A DNA stretch of 64,000 nucleotides from Trypanosoma brucei. Taxonomy: Eukaryota. Below are positions 9,622 to 19,908 of the stretch, piece by piece; the stretch's first letter is position 1; every line of letters begins with the position of its first letter. The translations under genes were made by a program, and so were the position numbers. The stretch is from NCBI GenBank assembly GCA_000002445.1, contig CP000067.1:1280001-1344000 (forward strand). Reading direction: 5' to 3'. The notes beneath the pieces were generated by a model. The model was not told the origin of the DNA, made no database searches, and was given only the letters and a program-made list of their open reading frames with translations.

Positions 9622-11160
9622 TCAGCTGAAGGCAGCGGACTTTAGGGTCTGCACTTCAGTTTCTGCTGTCTTTATAATCGTCGGCGCTACCTTTCGGCGG
9701 GCCATCTCCATGCAGAGGGGCCGATGTGACTTGTAATCTTCTCGTTGACATGCCACACCACAATAAGATACGGTGCGGCAAGCGGCGCACTTCAGCACTT
9801 CTTTTACATTTCCCGGGCAACACGGATTGTGGCATTTCGGGGTAACCCCATTTTCATTTGGCGGCGTCTTACTGTGCACCGCAAGGTGATATTGAGGCTC
9901 GCTCAGGAAGGCGAATGTGGTGATGATGTACTCCTTAAGTGTGTGCAGATGCTGTGTCACACTACCTTTCCCGAGGCGTGTGTATATGTTGTCGGCGGTG
10001 GTGAGTGCGCGGTCCAGCACCGGAAGTTGTTCGCTTGCGCAGGCCATATTTTTCACTTCCCGTCGCACCACATGCAATGCGAGGGCGACGCTTGCAACAT
10101 GGGATGGAAGATCAGTATGCAGGTTTATTGACCCCGTCATGATCGCCTTCACGTGGCGGAATGCGTCGAACAGTGCTACTCTCGCTGCAAAAAGGGACCC
10201 ATTTTGAACCCTACGCACCGGCTTGTCGAGGAAAGGATTGCGGTAATCCAGTCGCTGGAGCAAATCCTCCACCAACTTACATGCAAACGCATCATCCTCC
10301 TTTACTGCCATCATAAGCAAACAGTCAATGACTTTCATTTTCTCAATGTCCTTTATAAACAACGTGTACGTGCTACGGAACTTCACGTAACATGGACAAC
10401 GGTCACAACAGACATATGTCCCAGTTCCATTCGCATTGGCACCCTGGAACATGCTATACACACCAACGCACGGGCTAAAGCAAAAGAACAGCGCCCTTAG
10501 CGAATCCATCAACGCACCAAAGATCTCCAAGTTGTCGAGCGAGGTCCTCAAACCATTTATTAAGCTGAGGGTGGTTTTCATAGCCTCTTCTGCATTGGAG
10601 GTGCTAAATTTGGTTGGAGTATTTCTGGGTTCCCCAATATCCAGTATGAATTCCTTAATGTTTCCGAGGGCTTCTACCTTCGAATTCACGTCCCATTGCG
10701 GGTACTTGGAAACAAGCCGGATAGCCTCAAAAACACGACGGGCGATGTCACAGAATGAATCCATACCCTTGGGAAACCGCGGCCATTCTTCCTCATCCTT
10801 CGCCGCCGTCGCGTTGTAGAACTCATAGCAAGCCTCTCCCAAAAAAGGGTCCTTATGGAGTACGGCGAATGCCATGAAGTCATTAAGCAGGCGAAGTGCC
10901 GCAGGGAAGCGGTCCTCTGGTTGAAAACAGGCTCCAATGTAATCCACCAACCATCCGAGGTCGATGGATTGAAAGGGATATCGGAGTACGGTTGCATTGT
11001 TCATTGTGCTTTCCACCGCTTGTGCATTTGCCAAACGGGTCTCATTACTGGGCGTGGATGGGGAAGTTGTCATGGTCGGTTTGACTAACAGGCGCGCATT
11101 ATTTTCAAGAACGAGCGCAAGGGGAGAAAAGCAACGGGAGATGGATGAGGGACTCGTCAT
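9622..11160 (-). CDS. MYND-type zinc finger protein
   Basis: The 512 aa ORF has a C-terminal CHNPCCPGNVKEVLKCAACRTVSYCGVACQREDYKSHRPLC. This matches the MYND C-x2-C...C-x2-C...C-x3-C...H-x3-C arrangement. The rest is helical with no other recognised domain. Confidence 0.7.
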   Translation of the reverse strand: MTSPSSISRCFSPLALVLENNARLLVKPTMTTSPSTPSNETRLANAQAVESTMNNATVLRYPFQSIDLGWLVDYIGACFQPEDRFPAALRLLNDFMAFAVLHKDPFLGEACYEFYNATAAKDEEEWPRFPKGMDSFCDIARRVFEAIRLVSKYPQWDVNSKVEALGNIKEFILDIGEPRNTPTKFSTSNAEEAMKTTLSLINGLRTSLDNLEIFGALMDSLRALFFCFSPCVGVYSMFQGANANGTGTYVCCDRCPCYVKFRSTYTLFIKDIEKMKVIDCLLMMAVKEDDAFACKLVEDLLQRLDYRNPFLDKPVRRVQNGSLFAARVALFDAFRHVKAIMTGSINLHTDLPSHVASVALALHVVRREVKNMACASEQLPVLDRALTTADNIYTRLGKGSVTQHLHTLKEYIITTFAFLSEPQYHLAVHSKTPPNENGVTPKCHNPCCPGNVKEVLKCAACRTVSYCGVACQREDYKSHRPLCMEMARRKVAPTIIKTAETEVQTLKSAAFS

Positions 11161-11352
11161 GAAGTGGAAGCGAAGGGGGGATTACAGGTTTCCAACAAGA
11201 TCAGTTGTTGCAGTTACCTGAATGTAGTTCCACGGTGCCAACAACGGAAGGAAAAAAGAAAAAAGAAAAAAAGAAAAGAATAATATATGGTACACCCCCC
11301 AAATCAGTGGGGCCACGCGATATAGTTGGTTGTCACTTGCCTCCGTTACGAT

Positions 11353-12012
11353 CTAGAAGGCGCTACGGTACCATTGTCGTTCCTCCTCCATTCCACGAAT
11401 TAACGCGTCCAGAAGGTCCCGCTCACTTTCACAGAGCTTCTCTCGCACATCACTCAAGTCAAACCCCTTCTTCGCAGCTGCACGGATGATTTTAAGATAT
11501 CGCAACTGATAGAGTCTAAAGAGTTGCCCCGCTAGTCGGTTGCCATCGCCCGTGGGGAGCATTGCACACAGCAGAAGCCCTGCTTCATAATAGTAAGGTG
11601 ATTTAGCATGAAGACTCACAGCAAGTGGGTCAGTTTTAAATTCGCGAAATACCGATGTGGTGTAACGTGACGGAACCTGGGGCACTATATGACCTACTTG
11701 GCGAAAAGCCACTGCTGCCCACAGGGGAAGAGTTGCGGTACTTCCGACTTGCACCTCGTCATGAGTCTCGCCCTCAGCGGTACGGGGGTTAACGTCTTTG
11801 CCAAGCCCAAACAAGGGTGTGGTGAAGGTGACTGGGATTAACTCCTCATTGGATAAAATGCTAGAGAGATCAAAATAATTCTTGATCATTCTACCGTTTT
11901 CTATTTGATAAGTGAAGACAAAATAATGGGTCCCATGGAAGGGGAAATGACACAGTGTATATCCGCACACAATTATCTTTGGTACTAAATGAAAGGTCAT
12001 GCGGCTTCCCAT
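11353..12012 (-). CDS. PSF2: GINS complex subunit Psf2 (DNA replication). The true start is probably the internal Met at 11889
   Basis: ...TATLPLWAAVAFRQVGHIVP...AKSPYYYEAGLLLCAML... matches the Psf2 hallmarks (EVPLWLAINLKQRQKC... and SPYYMELTKLLL). The first 41 codons of the 219 aa ORF (MGSRMTFHLVPKIIVCGYTLCHFPFHG...) lack homology, and MIKNYFDLSSILSNEELIPV aligns with the Psf2 N-terminus. Confidence 0.6.
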   Translation of the reverse strand: MGSRMTFHLVPKIIVCGYTLCHFPFHGTHYFVFTYQIENGRMIKNYFDLSSILSNEELIPVTFTTPLFGLGKDVNPRTAEGETHDEVQVGSTATLPLWAAVAFRQVGHIVPQVPSRYTTSVFREFKTDPLAVSLHAKSPYYYEAGLLLCAMLPTGDGNRLAGQLFRLYQLRYLKIIRAAAKKGFDLSDVREKLCESERDLLDALIRGMEEERQWYRSAF

Positions 12013-12328
12013 TCGGAAGGATTAAAAAGTGAGTGAATCATCTGATACATGCAGTCTCCCTGTGCGCTTCTACAAGCAAGAGGGCAGGAAAATAAGATAA
12101 AATAAAATACCACCGTAATGATGATGAGGCTTGGTATTAGAGGTATAAGATCCTTTCTCCATATAGAGCAATGAAAAAAAAAAGATCTAATCTTCCTGCC
12201 TTCGTGCCAGCACCAAAAAACACCAAGAACACTTAACAACACCAACGACAAAAAAAAAAAGTACATACAGGTGATTTACATTTACGTATACAAGCCGAAC
12301 CCGTTAGGGGAATTTTGTTTCCTCTTTC

Positions 12329-13165
12329 TTAGGGATGGATAATCGGCGGAAAGTCTTCGTGCGCCCTCAGGGAGCGAAGCTGCATGAATTGCTCTTGACG
12401 GTCAACAATGCCCCGCAAAATGTCAATGTTTGTTTGGTTAAGAGGTCTGTTTACAATACCACGAACCTCACGCAGGAGTTCCTTCAGCTGTCCCTCTGAA
12501 GCGGCCATCGCTTGCTTTCGTTTCTTTTCGTTTTCGTAGTCCACCTTATAGTCATTCTCTGCGCCACGCTTCTTGATATCTTCGAGCTCGTCCACATCCA
12601 TTTCAATTCTGCGCCGTTCTCCGTGTTCGCGCAGGATGAGCTCCTCGAGTTTCGCTAACTTTTGCGTGGTTACGCTGCTCACGTCACTGTCCTTGTCTTG
12701 AGAACGTATGGGTTTCTTGAAAGCCATATTGCCAAATGTATCGCATAGACCGGAAGCAGCGCAATTCTTCGCAAGCACTTTGTGTGGACCAGGGAGCCAA
12801 CCATATGTCTCACCGGCGTGCACACAACACGTGGTACCAGGACGCTTTTTGGTGCATCCGAATGGAAAATGGTTTGCAGTTGAACGAAGCTGCTCCCGCT
12901 TGTTCCTCCAGCTCCCCGGATGTGCTGCGGAGCGGGGGATGCAAGGACAACCACCCGTCGCGTTGTAATAATTATTGGTTCTTGGTTGCGCGAGAACCTT
13001 ATAATTGGGTAACCCGAGTGGATGGCCGTAGCAATCGCAATGGTGGTACTTTTTATCGTGTTGTGCCGCCGCTGCAGTGGGCAGGCGCGATGGCCGTTGG
13101 GGAGTTTCTGTGGAGGGCTTTTCAGTGGCTGGTTTATGGGGGTTTAACACCGCCCCTCCAATCAT
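12329..13165 (-). CDS. Hypothetical protein with a Cys-rich N-terminal region and a coiled-coil C-terminus; paralog of 13878-14687
   Basis: The 278 aa ORF shares motifs with the neighbouring gene: YHHCDCYGHPLGLPNYKVLAQPRT...CPCIP... versus YHVCECYGHTQQLPNYKKLTNPRT...CPCIP... It has a charged, heptad-like C-terminal half (KLAKLEELILREHGERRRIEMDVDELEDIKKR...). Confidence 0.5.
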   Translation of the reverse strand: MIGGAVLNPHKPATEKPSTETPQRPSRLPTAAAAQHDKKYHHCDCYGHPLGLPNYKVLAQPRTNNYYNATGGCPCIPRSAAHPGSWRNKREQLRSTANHFPFGCTKKRPGTTCCVHAGETYGWLPGPHKVLAKNCAASGLCDTFGNMAFKKPIRSQDKDSDVSSVTTQKLAKLEELILREHGERRRIEMDVDELEDIKKRGAENDYKVDYENEKKRKQAMAASEGQLKELLREVRGIVNRPLNQTNIDILRGIVDRQEQFMQLRSLRAHEDFPPIIHP

Positions 13166-13877
13166 GTTTTTTTTGTTATCTGGCTTGTTTTTATTCCTTC
13201 CTTCCGTATCGGTCTACCAACTGCGTCGGCCTTATATTTATTCTTTCTAGAGTCTACTGTTATTTGCGTTCGACCGTATCATTTAGAACGAAAAAAAAGA
13301 AAAGGAAGGGACCAACAGAATGAAAAAGAAATACCAAAAGCATACACAGTGGCTTCAAAAGCTCACGGGACACCGCCACAACTATCCAACAAACAACGGA
13401 AACTAACGACATCGTCACTTTGCCCGGCGCCGGAAGGGAAGGGGAGAAGCAATGGACTAAGGTGTGAATCCTCCTAAACTCATTACGCTGAACTCGTCAA
13501 CTACCTCTCCATTTTTCACATAAATACATACAATCTCCACCTCCGCGCTGGAAACATCACGGAGGAAGAGAATAATACTTGAAGTTTACATTTTTCTTTC
13601 TTTCCGCAGCATAACGGAGCCTAGGATAAAAGCAACGTGCGACAAAGCACCAGGACTCGGATCGCACGCTAGCAACTCCTCCTCCCTGGCGAAAAATCTA
13701 AGAATAATTTGTACAAAAGTATTGGGGGCCAAAATGCGGGAGGTAAGATGGTGTACGTCTTCTTATGTGTACAAAAAAATAATGGAGGAAATATCGCTTC
13801 CCAAGAATCCGCATTTGTTAATTGAAATCCCCCATCAATTCACGCATCTTCTTTCTTTTTGTTACTTTCCTCACCCG

Positions 13878-14687
13878 TCATACCCGCCCGGATGTCTTCT
13901 GTGATCCGAAGCTACGAGCAAAATTCCGCATTCTCTCTTGCTCTTCCAGTGTGTAATACATACGAATGATGTTGAGCTTAGAACCGACTGGCTGCCGCGT
14001 GACAAAGCGCAGCTCATCCATCACAGCATCGTATTGCTCCCCTACCGTCTTGGGTTCTTCATGATCTTCACTCAGCTGTGCTTCCCTGGCCGCAGCTGCA
14101 GCTTCTGCAAGTAGTCGTGCGTGGCGGCTTCCGCGAAGCCCGGTTTCATTTTCCAACTCTTCCAACTGCTTCTCAGCCTCCGCGCGATGGCAAATCTCAT
14201 CACGAAGCACAGCCTTTAGGAACTCCTTGCGGTCGTACATTTGCTCGTATTTTCGCTCACCTGGCGTCAGACGCCTCGGTTGGCCAATGGCAGGAAAAGT
14301 ATGTTTGGCCACCGTGCCGCCGTAGTTGCAGGCGTTGGGGAAGACGAGGCGGGCTCTCGTTACGGGATCCCGAAGTGTCGCTCCATCTCCAGGCACGCTG
14401 GCTGCCTTATGCACTCTGTGCTTGCCAGGTTCGAAGTCACGGTAAGTTTCCTCAGGAAATGCCACATTGCGTTTTGCAGGGTTTTCGCTGCAGTATGTGG
14501 TGTTGAAATTCTTCTCCCTCTTGTTGGGGATGCACGGGCAGGCGCTCACCTTCTGCTTTGCGTAGAAGCCCTGCAGCGTGCGCGGGTTGGTCAGTTTCTT
14601 ATAGTTGGGCAATTGCTGTGTGTGTCCGTAGCACTCGCACACGTGATACTTGTCTGAGTGAGTGACATTGTTGCTCGTCTGAGCCAT
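13878..14687 (-). CDS. Hypothetical protein with a Cys-rich N-terminal region and a coiled-coil C-terminus; paralog of 12329-13165
   Basis: The 269 aa ORF has the same CxCYGH...LPNYK.L..PRT...CPCIP architecture and a C-terminal coiled-coil-like segment (EAEKQLEELENETGLRGSRHARLLAEAAAAAREAQLSEDHEE...). Confidence 0.5.
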   Translation of the reverse strand: MAQTSNNVTHSDKYHVCECYGHTQQLPNYKKLTNPRTLQGFYAKQKVSACPCIPNKREKNFNTTYCSENPAKRNVAFPEETYRDFEPGKHRVHKAASVPGDGATLRDPVTRARLVFPNACNYGGTVAKHTFPAIGQPRRLTPGERKYEQMYDRKEFLKAVLRDEICHRAEAEKQLEELENETGLRGSRHARLLAEAAAAAREAQLSEDHEEPKTVGEQYDAVMDELRFVTRQPVGSKLNIIRMYYTLEEQERMRNFARSFGSQKTSGRV

Positions 14688-15039
14688 CCTTGATTTCTTG
14701 CCTCCTTTGCTTGAAGACTATCACCTGCTCAATTCCTTCCCTTTCCCTTTCTCTTTTTCTGTGTTTAGTTCCGATTTTGTATTCCTGAGTTTTTTCACTC
14801 TTTCCCTTTAACAAAAAGGAGGATCTGATGCCCAACAGGTTGGCAGAGTGATTAGAAGAAAGAAGGGAAGGTCAAAAAATAAATAAAAAAAAGAAAATCA
14901 CGTTTCGGTGAAGTGACATCTGCTGAGGAAAGCAAGTAGTTCCCGGCCGAACGGGAACAATGCGTTGGCCACGTTCCACCACCAGTCTTCAGGTTACATA
15001 CACCACTTTCAACAAATATTAAACGAACGAAAGCGCCAC

Positions 15040-18000
15040 CTATTGTCCATTTGCGCCAACCAAAGGTAGATAACGACGCCGCACCTCAGCACTGAGCACT
15101 GTGGGTGCAGTACTGGTGAATGAGTCAATTGCTTTTACGATTGTTGGAACCACCGGGGCCCAATTCGATTGATCAGCAGCGAGTAGTAACGAGAGCATCA
15201 GCAGCAGTCGATAGGCCTCGCCAATGTGATTTTTCACCCTTGGAATGAAGCTGGGCGAGGCATGAATGACAGCAAACAACAGCGGCTCTGCCACGTCCAG
15301 GTGCAGGCGTCCCACCTGATGGAGAGCGGCCAACGCAACAGCACAAATGAAAGCGTTCATCTTCACGTATCCCCTGTCCTGCGCTGTCGATGATGTAAGA
15401 TAGCTCCGCAACGTCTCCGTCAAGTTGTTCAGACTCTGTGAAGGAACCACTACATGTAGAATTGGGACTGGATCTGCGTTGTGGTCAAACAGAAGGTTGT
15501 AGAAGATCAGCCCCAAGCAAAGAAAAACATTACTTATAGCCTTTACCGCTGGCATTTCGCAGGCCACTTCTGTTAGACACAATCGACAAATTGTGGCGAC
15601 CATGTGTGGATCTCTATGGAAGTGCATAGCAGTGCTAAGAAATGCCACGCACGAGCGCGCTAGTTCAACTTCACCAAACTGTTGCCGCCGTTGCCTTTCT
15701 TCGAGAATTTGGGCACAAACAGAGACAACATTATTAGCTGCGCCGGTACCATATCCAACCATTACATTCTTCAGGAGCACTGCGGTACGCAAAGATGAAT
15801 CTATCATACAAAGTAGTTCTTCTTCATTCATCAATGCAGAACAGCAACCGTCCAGCATATCGAAGACAAGTGTGGCGATGTCACTACCGTACACCTCCAT
15901 GATGGAGGATGAATTCCCTTCGGTGTCTGCCGAACAGTTCAGCACTACAAGGGCGAATTCAGTGAGAGGAGATACTACATCTTCTAGCGTGCCCTTGCTT
16001 GCGGCCGAAACGACCTCCACCATGGCATTCATCAAGGAAATAAGCTCGACAGCGTTAGTTCCGGATTTTTTTTTGTTCTCGCCGTGATGAAGCAGAGAAG
16101 CGAGTTGTTGTCCCTGTTTCCCCAAAGCAGTTATGGTGTGCATGGTAGTAATATCGTCAATCAAAGGCTCTTGTTGTCGCTGTTCGTTACCGGAGGCCAC
16201 CGAAAGAACCTCTGATAAACAGCGATACGTCGCCGTTCTTGCCGCATATTGCATCGACGGAAGTGCAGAAACAAGTCCCCGAATCACAGTGGACAGTGCA
16301 GAAGCAACAGCCCTGGTCTCGCCGTCGATGCGACAGTCATCCAATGAATAAAGCGTAACCTTCGTGATGGAGTTAATGGCCTCCAGCTGAACTTGTTTAC
16401 TCACCTCCGATGCCGTGACACCAATGAGCAGATGTAACACAGGCGGAGGGGAAATCAACCCCTGCAGGTGTGCCGGTCGGCGTGCACTTGCCGCCCATCC
16501 AGTTGACATTCGAGCCACACAACGAACTGCCTGATAACGCAGGTGGTGAGGCGCCGTAGAATTTGGGCCGAGAGCTCCCCAACAGTTTGCTGACACGTGC
16601 CCCAAGAAGTCATCATGTAAGTCATCAAACAACTCGTCCACAACTTCAGCCAATATAAACAGTGCCGCCTGTTGCTCTTTCAGCGATTCCACGGAGTTTG
16701 CTTCCCTCGTTAAGGCCGAGGTAATGAGGGGGATGAGATGCGCCAGAAGATCTCCTGGGCATGTGCAGCTCATAACGTCAAGAATATGGGTGAAGACTTG
16801 CTTCTTGGTTGTTGCACACTCCGCATCACTTTCTTGCCCGTCGCTTCTATCCGTGGCGCCGCAGCTGTTTATGTCACTTTTGTTCTCGTCGGAATGATCT
16901 TCGGCATCCCCCGCTTCCACGTTGCGTCGATTGAGCACGACGGGGCGGACGGTGGCTTCGTCATCAGGTGCGCTCGTAGTTTCTTCTTCACTTGTGTTGG
17001 GAAATATATCAGTCAAGTGCACTGCGTTGTAGAAAAGAGTTTCAGCCACCTCCCGAGCTATACCTGATAGCACTGTTGCATGTGTCTCCGCTATATCGCC
17101 CAGAAGTGTAAGACAGCGTATGACAATACTTTCTTCTTCACTTTCGTGGCTGCGGATACGGTACAGTACGTGTGGTAAGAATAAAACAGTTGCGTTAATA
17201 GTGGAGGCTGAAGACTCTGTGTCCCACCGAAGGGCCTCACTTAGGTATTCCGTTGTGGCCACTAATACGTGTTGGTTAAATGGGGCGGTACACAGTTCAG
17301 CAACAAGAGCACATACTTGCTCGTGCAACTGTTTCGCATAGTGGAGGGTATGATCTGGTGCAGTGGACACGTCAAGCGATGCCTCAGGCGTGGAGTCATC
17401 AAAAGATTCGTCCGGGTTGTCTGAGAGAAAAAACACCTTCTCAACAAAGCATGACGTTGCGGCTGACAGCACTAGTTGCATAGCACTGGCCACATCGCCT
17501 CCACTACGCAACATGAAAGCTACAGCCTGAAGCATATACGAAAAAAGTTCACCTAAGCACTCACACGCCGAGCTGTCCGCTTCAATAAGTTCCCGAAGTT
17601 CTTCATTGCATTCTTCACACACGATTCGTGTGCAGGTGGCCAAACCTTGTACAGTCCGGCTGACGGTAAAGAATCCCTCCATATCAGTGGCCTGCTGACA
17701 CCGAAGGAATGTCAGACTAGATTCATTTTTCAGTGTCTCAAGGAGCTGTGGCCAGCGCTGCAAAAGTCCCTCACCCCTCACGATGGATGCTACCACAAGA
17801 CTCGCGGCTACGTTCACAGAAGGAATCGTGTCTGCCAGCGCTCTAAGCAGGGGCGGTCCAACTATATCGGCGTTCAAACAATCAATAATGGTCGGGTTTA
17901 TTTGCACGATCTGTTTCAGAATCAACCCAGCTGAATGACGAATAGACGCTTCATAACTCTCGTTTCCACTACATAGTACTTCCAACAAGAAAATGGCCGC

Positions 18001-18138
18001 CCCGCCGCTGAAGGCAAAACGCTGCAGCTGCAGGATGTTATCCCGCTGTACATTCATGTCAGAGGAAGTGACGTTCCGCAGAAATTGTACGAGGGCCTCA
18101 TGTTGCTGCGGGCCCCAACTTGAAGTCATGAACCGCAA
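15040..18138 (-). CDS. Importin-beta family nuclear transport receptor (transportin-like karyopherin)
   Basis: The 1032 aa ORF has an N-terminus WGPQQHEALVQFLRNVTSSDMNVQRDNILQLQRF...ASIRHSAGLILKQIV. This resembles the importin N-terminal domain of transportin (...SPDTTIQRTVQQKLEQL...RSLSGLILKNNV). The remainder is long, leucine-rich and HEAT/ARM-like, with an acidic loop. Confidence 0.7.
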   Translation of the reverse strand: MRFMTSSWGPQQHEALVQFLRNVTSSDMNVQRDNILQLQRFAFSGGAAIFLLEVLCSGNESYEASIRHSAGLILKQIVQINPTIIDCLNADIVGPPLLRALADTIPSVNVAASLVVASIVRGEGLLQRWPQLLETLKNESSLTFLRCQQATDMEGFFTVSRTVQGLATCTRIVCEECNEELRELIEADSSACECLGELFSYMLQAVAFMLRSGGDVASAMQLVLSAATSCFVEKVFFLSDNPDESFDDSTPEASLDVSTAPDHTLHYAKQLHEQVCALVAELCTAPFNQHVLVATTEYLSEALRWDTESSASTINATVLFLPHVLYRIRSHESEEESIVIRCLTLLGDIAETHATVLSGIAREVAETLFYNAVHLTDIFPNTSEEETTSAPDDEATVRPVVLNRRNVEAGDAEDHSDENKSDINSCGATDRSDGQESDAECATTKKQVFTHILDVMSCTCPGDLLAHLIPLITSALTREANSVESLKEQQAALFILAEVVDELFDDLHDDFLGHVSANCWGALGPNSTAPHHLRYQAVRCVARMSTGWAASARRPAHLQGLISPPPVLHLLIGVTASEVSKQVQLEAINSITKVTLYSLDDCRIDGETRAVASALSTVIRGLVSALPSMQYAARTATYRCLSEVLSVASGNEQRQQEPLIDDITTMHTITALGKQGQQLASLLHHGENKKKSGTNAVELISLMNAMVEVVSAASKGTLEDVVSPLTEFALVVLNCSADTEGNSSSIMEVYGSDIATLVFDMLDGCCSALMNEEELLCMIDSSLRTAVLLKNVMVGYGTGAANNVVSVCAQILEERQRRQQFGEVELARSCVAFLSTAMHFHRDPHMVATICRLCLTEVACEMPAVKAISNVFLCLGLIFYNLLFDHNADPVPILHVVVPSQSLNNLTETLRSYLTSSTAQDRGYVKMNAFICAVALAALHQVGRLHLDVAEPLLFAVIHASPSFIPRVKNHIGEAYRLLLMLSLLLAADQSNWAPVVPTIVKAIDSFTSTAPTVLSAEVRRRYLPLVGANGQ

Positions 18139-18312
18139 CTAGAAAGCTGTTAAATGTTACCACGTCAAATAGCGAGAGAGAAAGAGTGGCAGATGTGCGC
18201 GGGGTGAGTCACAACATTGGCGCACGATTAAAGCACTTCCGTAAAGGGGGAGGGAAAGGAGAGGATACAGACTCGTCGTTGGTACGAAACACCCGATGTG
18301 ATGATGCCAATT

Positions 18313-19908
18313 TCACCGACCTGTGGCGGCGTTCGCGTCTTCGGTAATTTTGCACATCTCTTCCCTCAGGGGAGCACGCACGGCCGTTGCGTACTCTTGT
18401 CGAAGCTCGTCAAAAACCGTGACGCCTTTTTTGTCCATTGTCACCAAAAGTGCAGAGGCCTCTTCATATCGATTCAGCTTGAGCAGCACGCGAAGTATCT
18501 TGTTGAGTGTCACACCATTTCCCTTTACACGAAAGCGGCGCATTTCGCGAAGAAAGTAATTGAGTTCACCGTACGACTGTGCCTTCTCCATCGCCTCCAG
18601 TAGAATGGTGAAGGTGTGTTCACTGGGCGCCATCCCACTCGCCCTACCACCAGGCCGTCCCATCACACTCTTATAAATAGCAAAGGCGGAAAGCGGATCA
18701 CGCGAGTGACAGGTCACGTGAAGAGCGGCGTTGAGAAGTTGCGGTGTAATAACTGTGCTGTCAATGGAAGACAAACACGCGAGCGCTTCGTCATGCTGCT
18801 GGTTGTGCATCAACCCAAACAGAAGCCGTGCGCACACACCGGCAGACACTTGCCGCTCGTGCCTTGTGCGATAGTCGGTAACTCGCGCTACCGCCAGATG
18901 CATCACAGCGTTCACGTCGCACACGCCAATGTAGGAGGCTATAGTGTACTCCGTAGGTGCGAGGTGAAAGCGGTCAAGGTCCATCATGAGGGAGTGTGCG
19001 CGCGCCTCCACAACGACATCTTTCTTGCGGTGTCTTTCGAGTATTCCCATGACATGCTGCACCACGCGGGATGTGGGATTTGTTCCGCTATCAATCATGT
19101 AACGATATACCCTCCAAAGGCTTTGGAGCATCGGTCCCGTGAGGAGGGATGCCGCTGCGATGATGGGGCTGACAAACTCAGCGGGCAGGAGGCTCGGTGC
19201 CGCCTTTGCGGTGCGACCAGCTACCTCTTCAGCATCTAGTGAAGGTGATGAGCTACCCAGCGTTCCCACGGCGTAGAACACGTGAAATATATCTTCATAT
19301 GTGTCTACCCGAAGACGAATCCGTTTGTCGATAACTTCATCATGCAATGCGAGTAAAACATGACACTTTTCGATGGGCGCGAGATGAGACTCCATACACG
19401 TGACAATGCGTACGAGAAGCTGTTGGTACTGTCGCCTGCGAGCATTCCAAAGCAATTCCCGCTGCGAGCGGTCGAGATGCAGTTCCTCTCTTTGGGAGTC
19501 GAGTGTCACCACCGTTGCGGGGTCGTGTTGAACCAACCGTGCATTACCACTTTCTGCTTTATCCTCACCAATGCAAGATGCCTCCGCGGCTGACCGTGCA
19601 GCGGCCTGTGAACCTCCTGCACTCCTAATGATATGCTCGTTGAGCGCCTCATTCTGAGGCAGCAGTTCTTTGTCCGCACGTAATTCACGATGTTTTACCT
19701 GCTTGAAGGGCTTCACCCTGACAGTCTTACCCCGTTGTAGCGGTCGCAAGTGATTTGCTTCGGCACTTACTCCTATACGATTCCCCCAGCTGCTTACGCA
19801 CAGCCGTTTCTCTGCTATTGGGAAGCGTTTCCAAACAGGTGCTTTTAACACCGCAAACCGCCGCCACGAGACACTACAGACTTCTGCGAGGACCATAATG
19901 TTCCCCAA
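18313..19908 (-). CDS. Pentatricopeptide-repeat-like (PPR) protein, probably mitochondrial
   Basis: The 531 aa ORF has a basic N-terminal presequence-like region. The C-terminal repeats (TFTILLEAMEKAQSYGELNYFLREMRRFRVKGNGVTLNKILRVLLKLNRYEEASALLVTMDKKGV) have the 35-aa helical PPR pattern. The call rests on pattern only. Confidence 0.45.
   Translation of the reverse strand: MGNIMVLAEVCSVSWRRFAVLKAPVWKRFPIAEKRLCVSSWGNRIGVSAEANHLRPLQRGKTVRVKPFKQVKHRELRADKELLPQNEALNEHIIRSAGGSQAAARSAAEASCIGEDKAESGNARLVQHDPATVVTLDSQREELHLDRSQRELLWNARRRQYQQLLVRIVTCMESHLAPIEKCHVLLALHDEVIDKRIRLRVDTYEDIFHVFYAVGTLGSSSPSLDAEEVAGRTAKAAPSLLPAEFVSPIIAAASLLTGPMLQSLWRVYRYMIDSGTNPTSRVVQHVMGILERHRKKDVVVEARAHSLMMDLDRFHLAPTEYTIASYIGVCDVNAVMHLAVARVTDYRTRHERQVSAGVCARLLFGLMHNQQHDEALACLSSIDSTVITPQLLNAALHVTCHSRDPLSAFAIYKSVMGRPGGRASGMAPSEHTFTILLEAMEKAQSYGELNYFLREMRRFRVKGNGVTLNKILRVLLKLNRYEEASALLVTMDKKGVTVFDELRQEYATAVRAPLREEMCKITEDANAATGR

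Noticed and set aside
15593-16087. Plus-strand ORFs of 60-200 aa lying inside large minus-strand genes. Examples are 15593-16087, 18616-19239, 10153-10500, 42324-42899, 46312-46887, 50197-50718 and 53609-53980.
   Set aside because: They are antisense to well-supported conserved genes, are low-complexity or repeat-derived, and recur only because the underlying transporter DNA is tandemly repeated. They are spurious frames.
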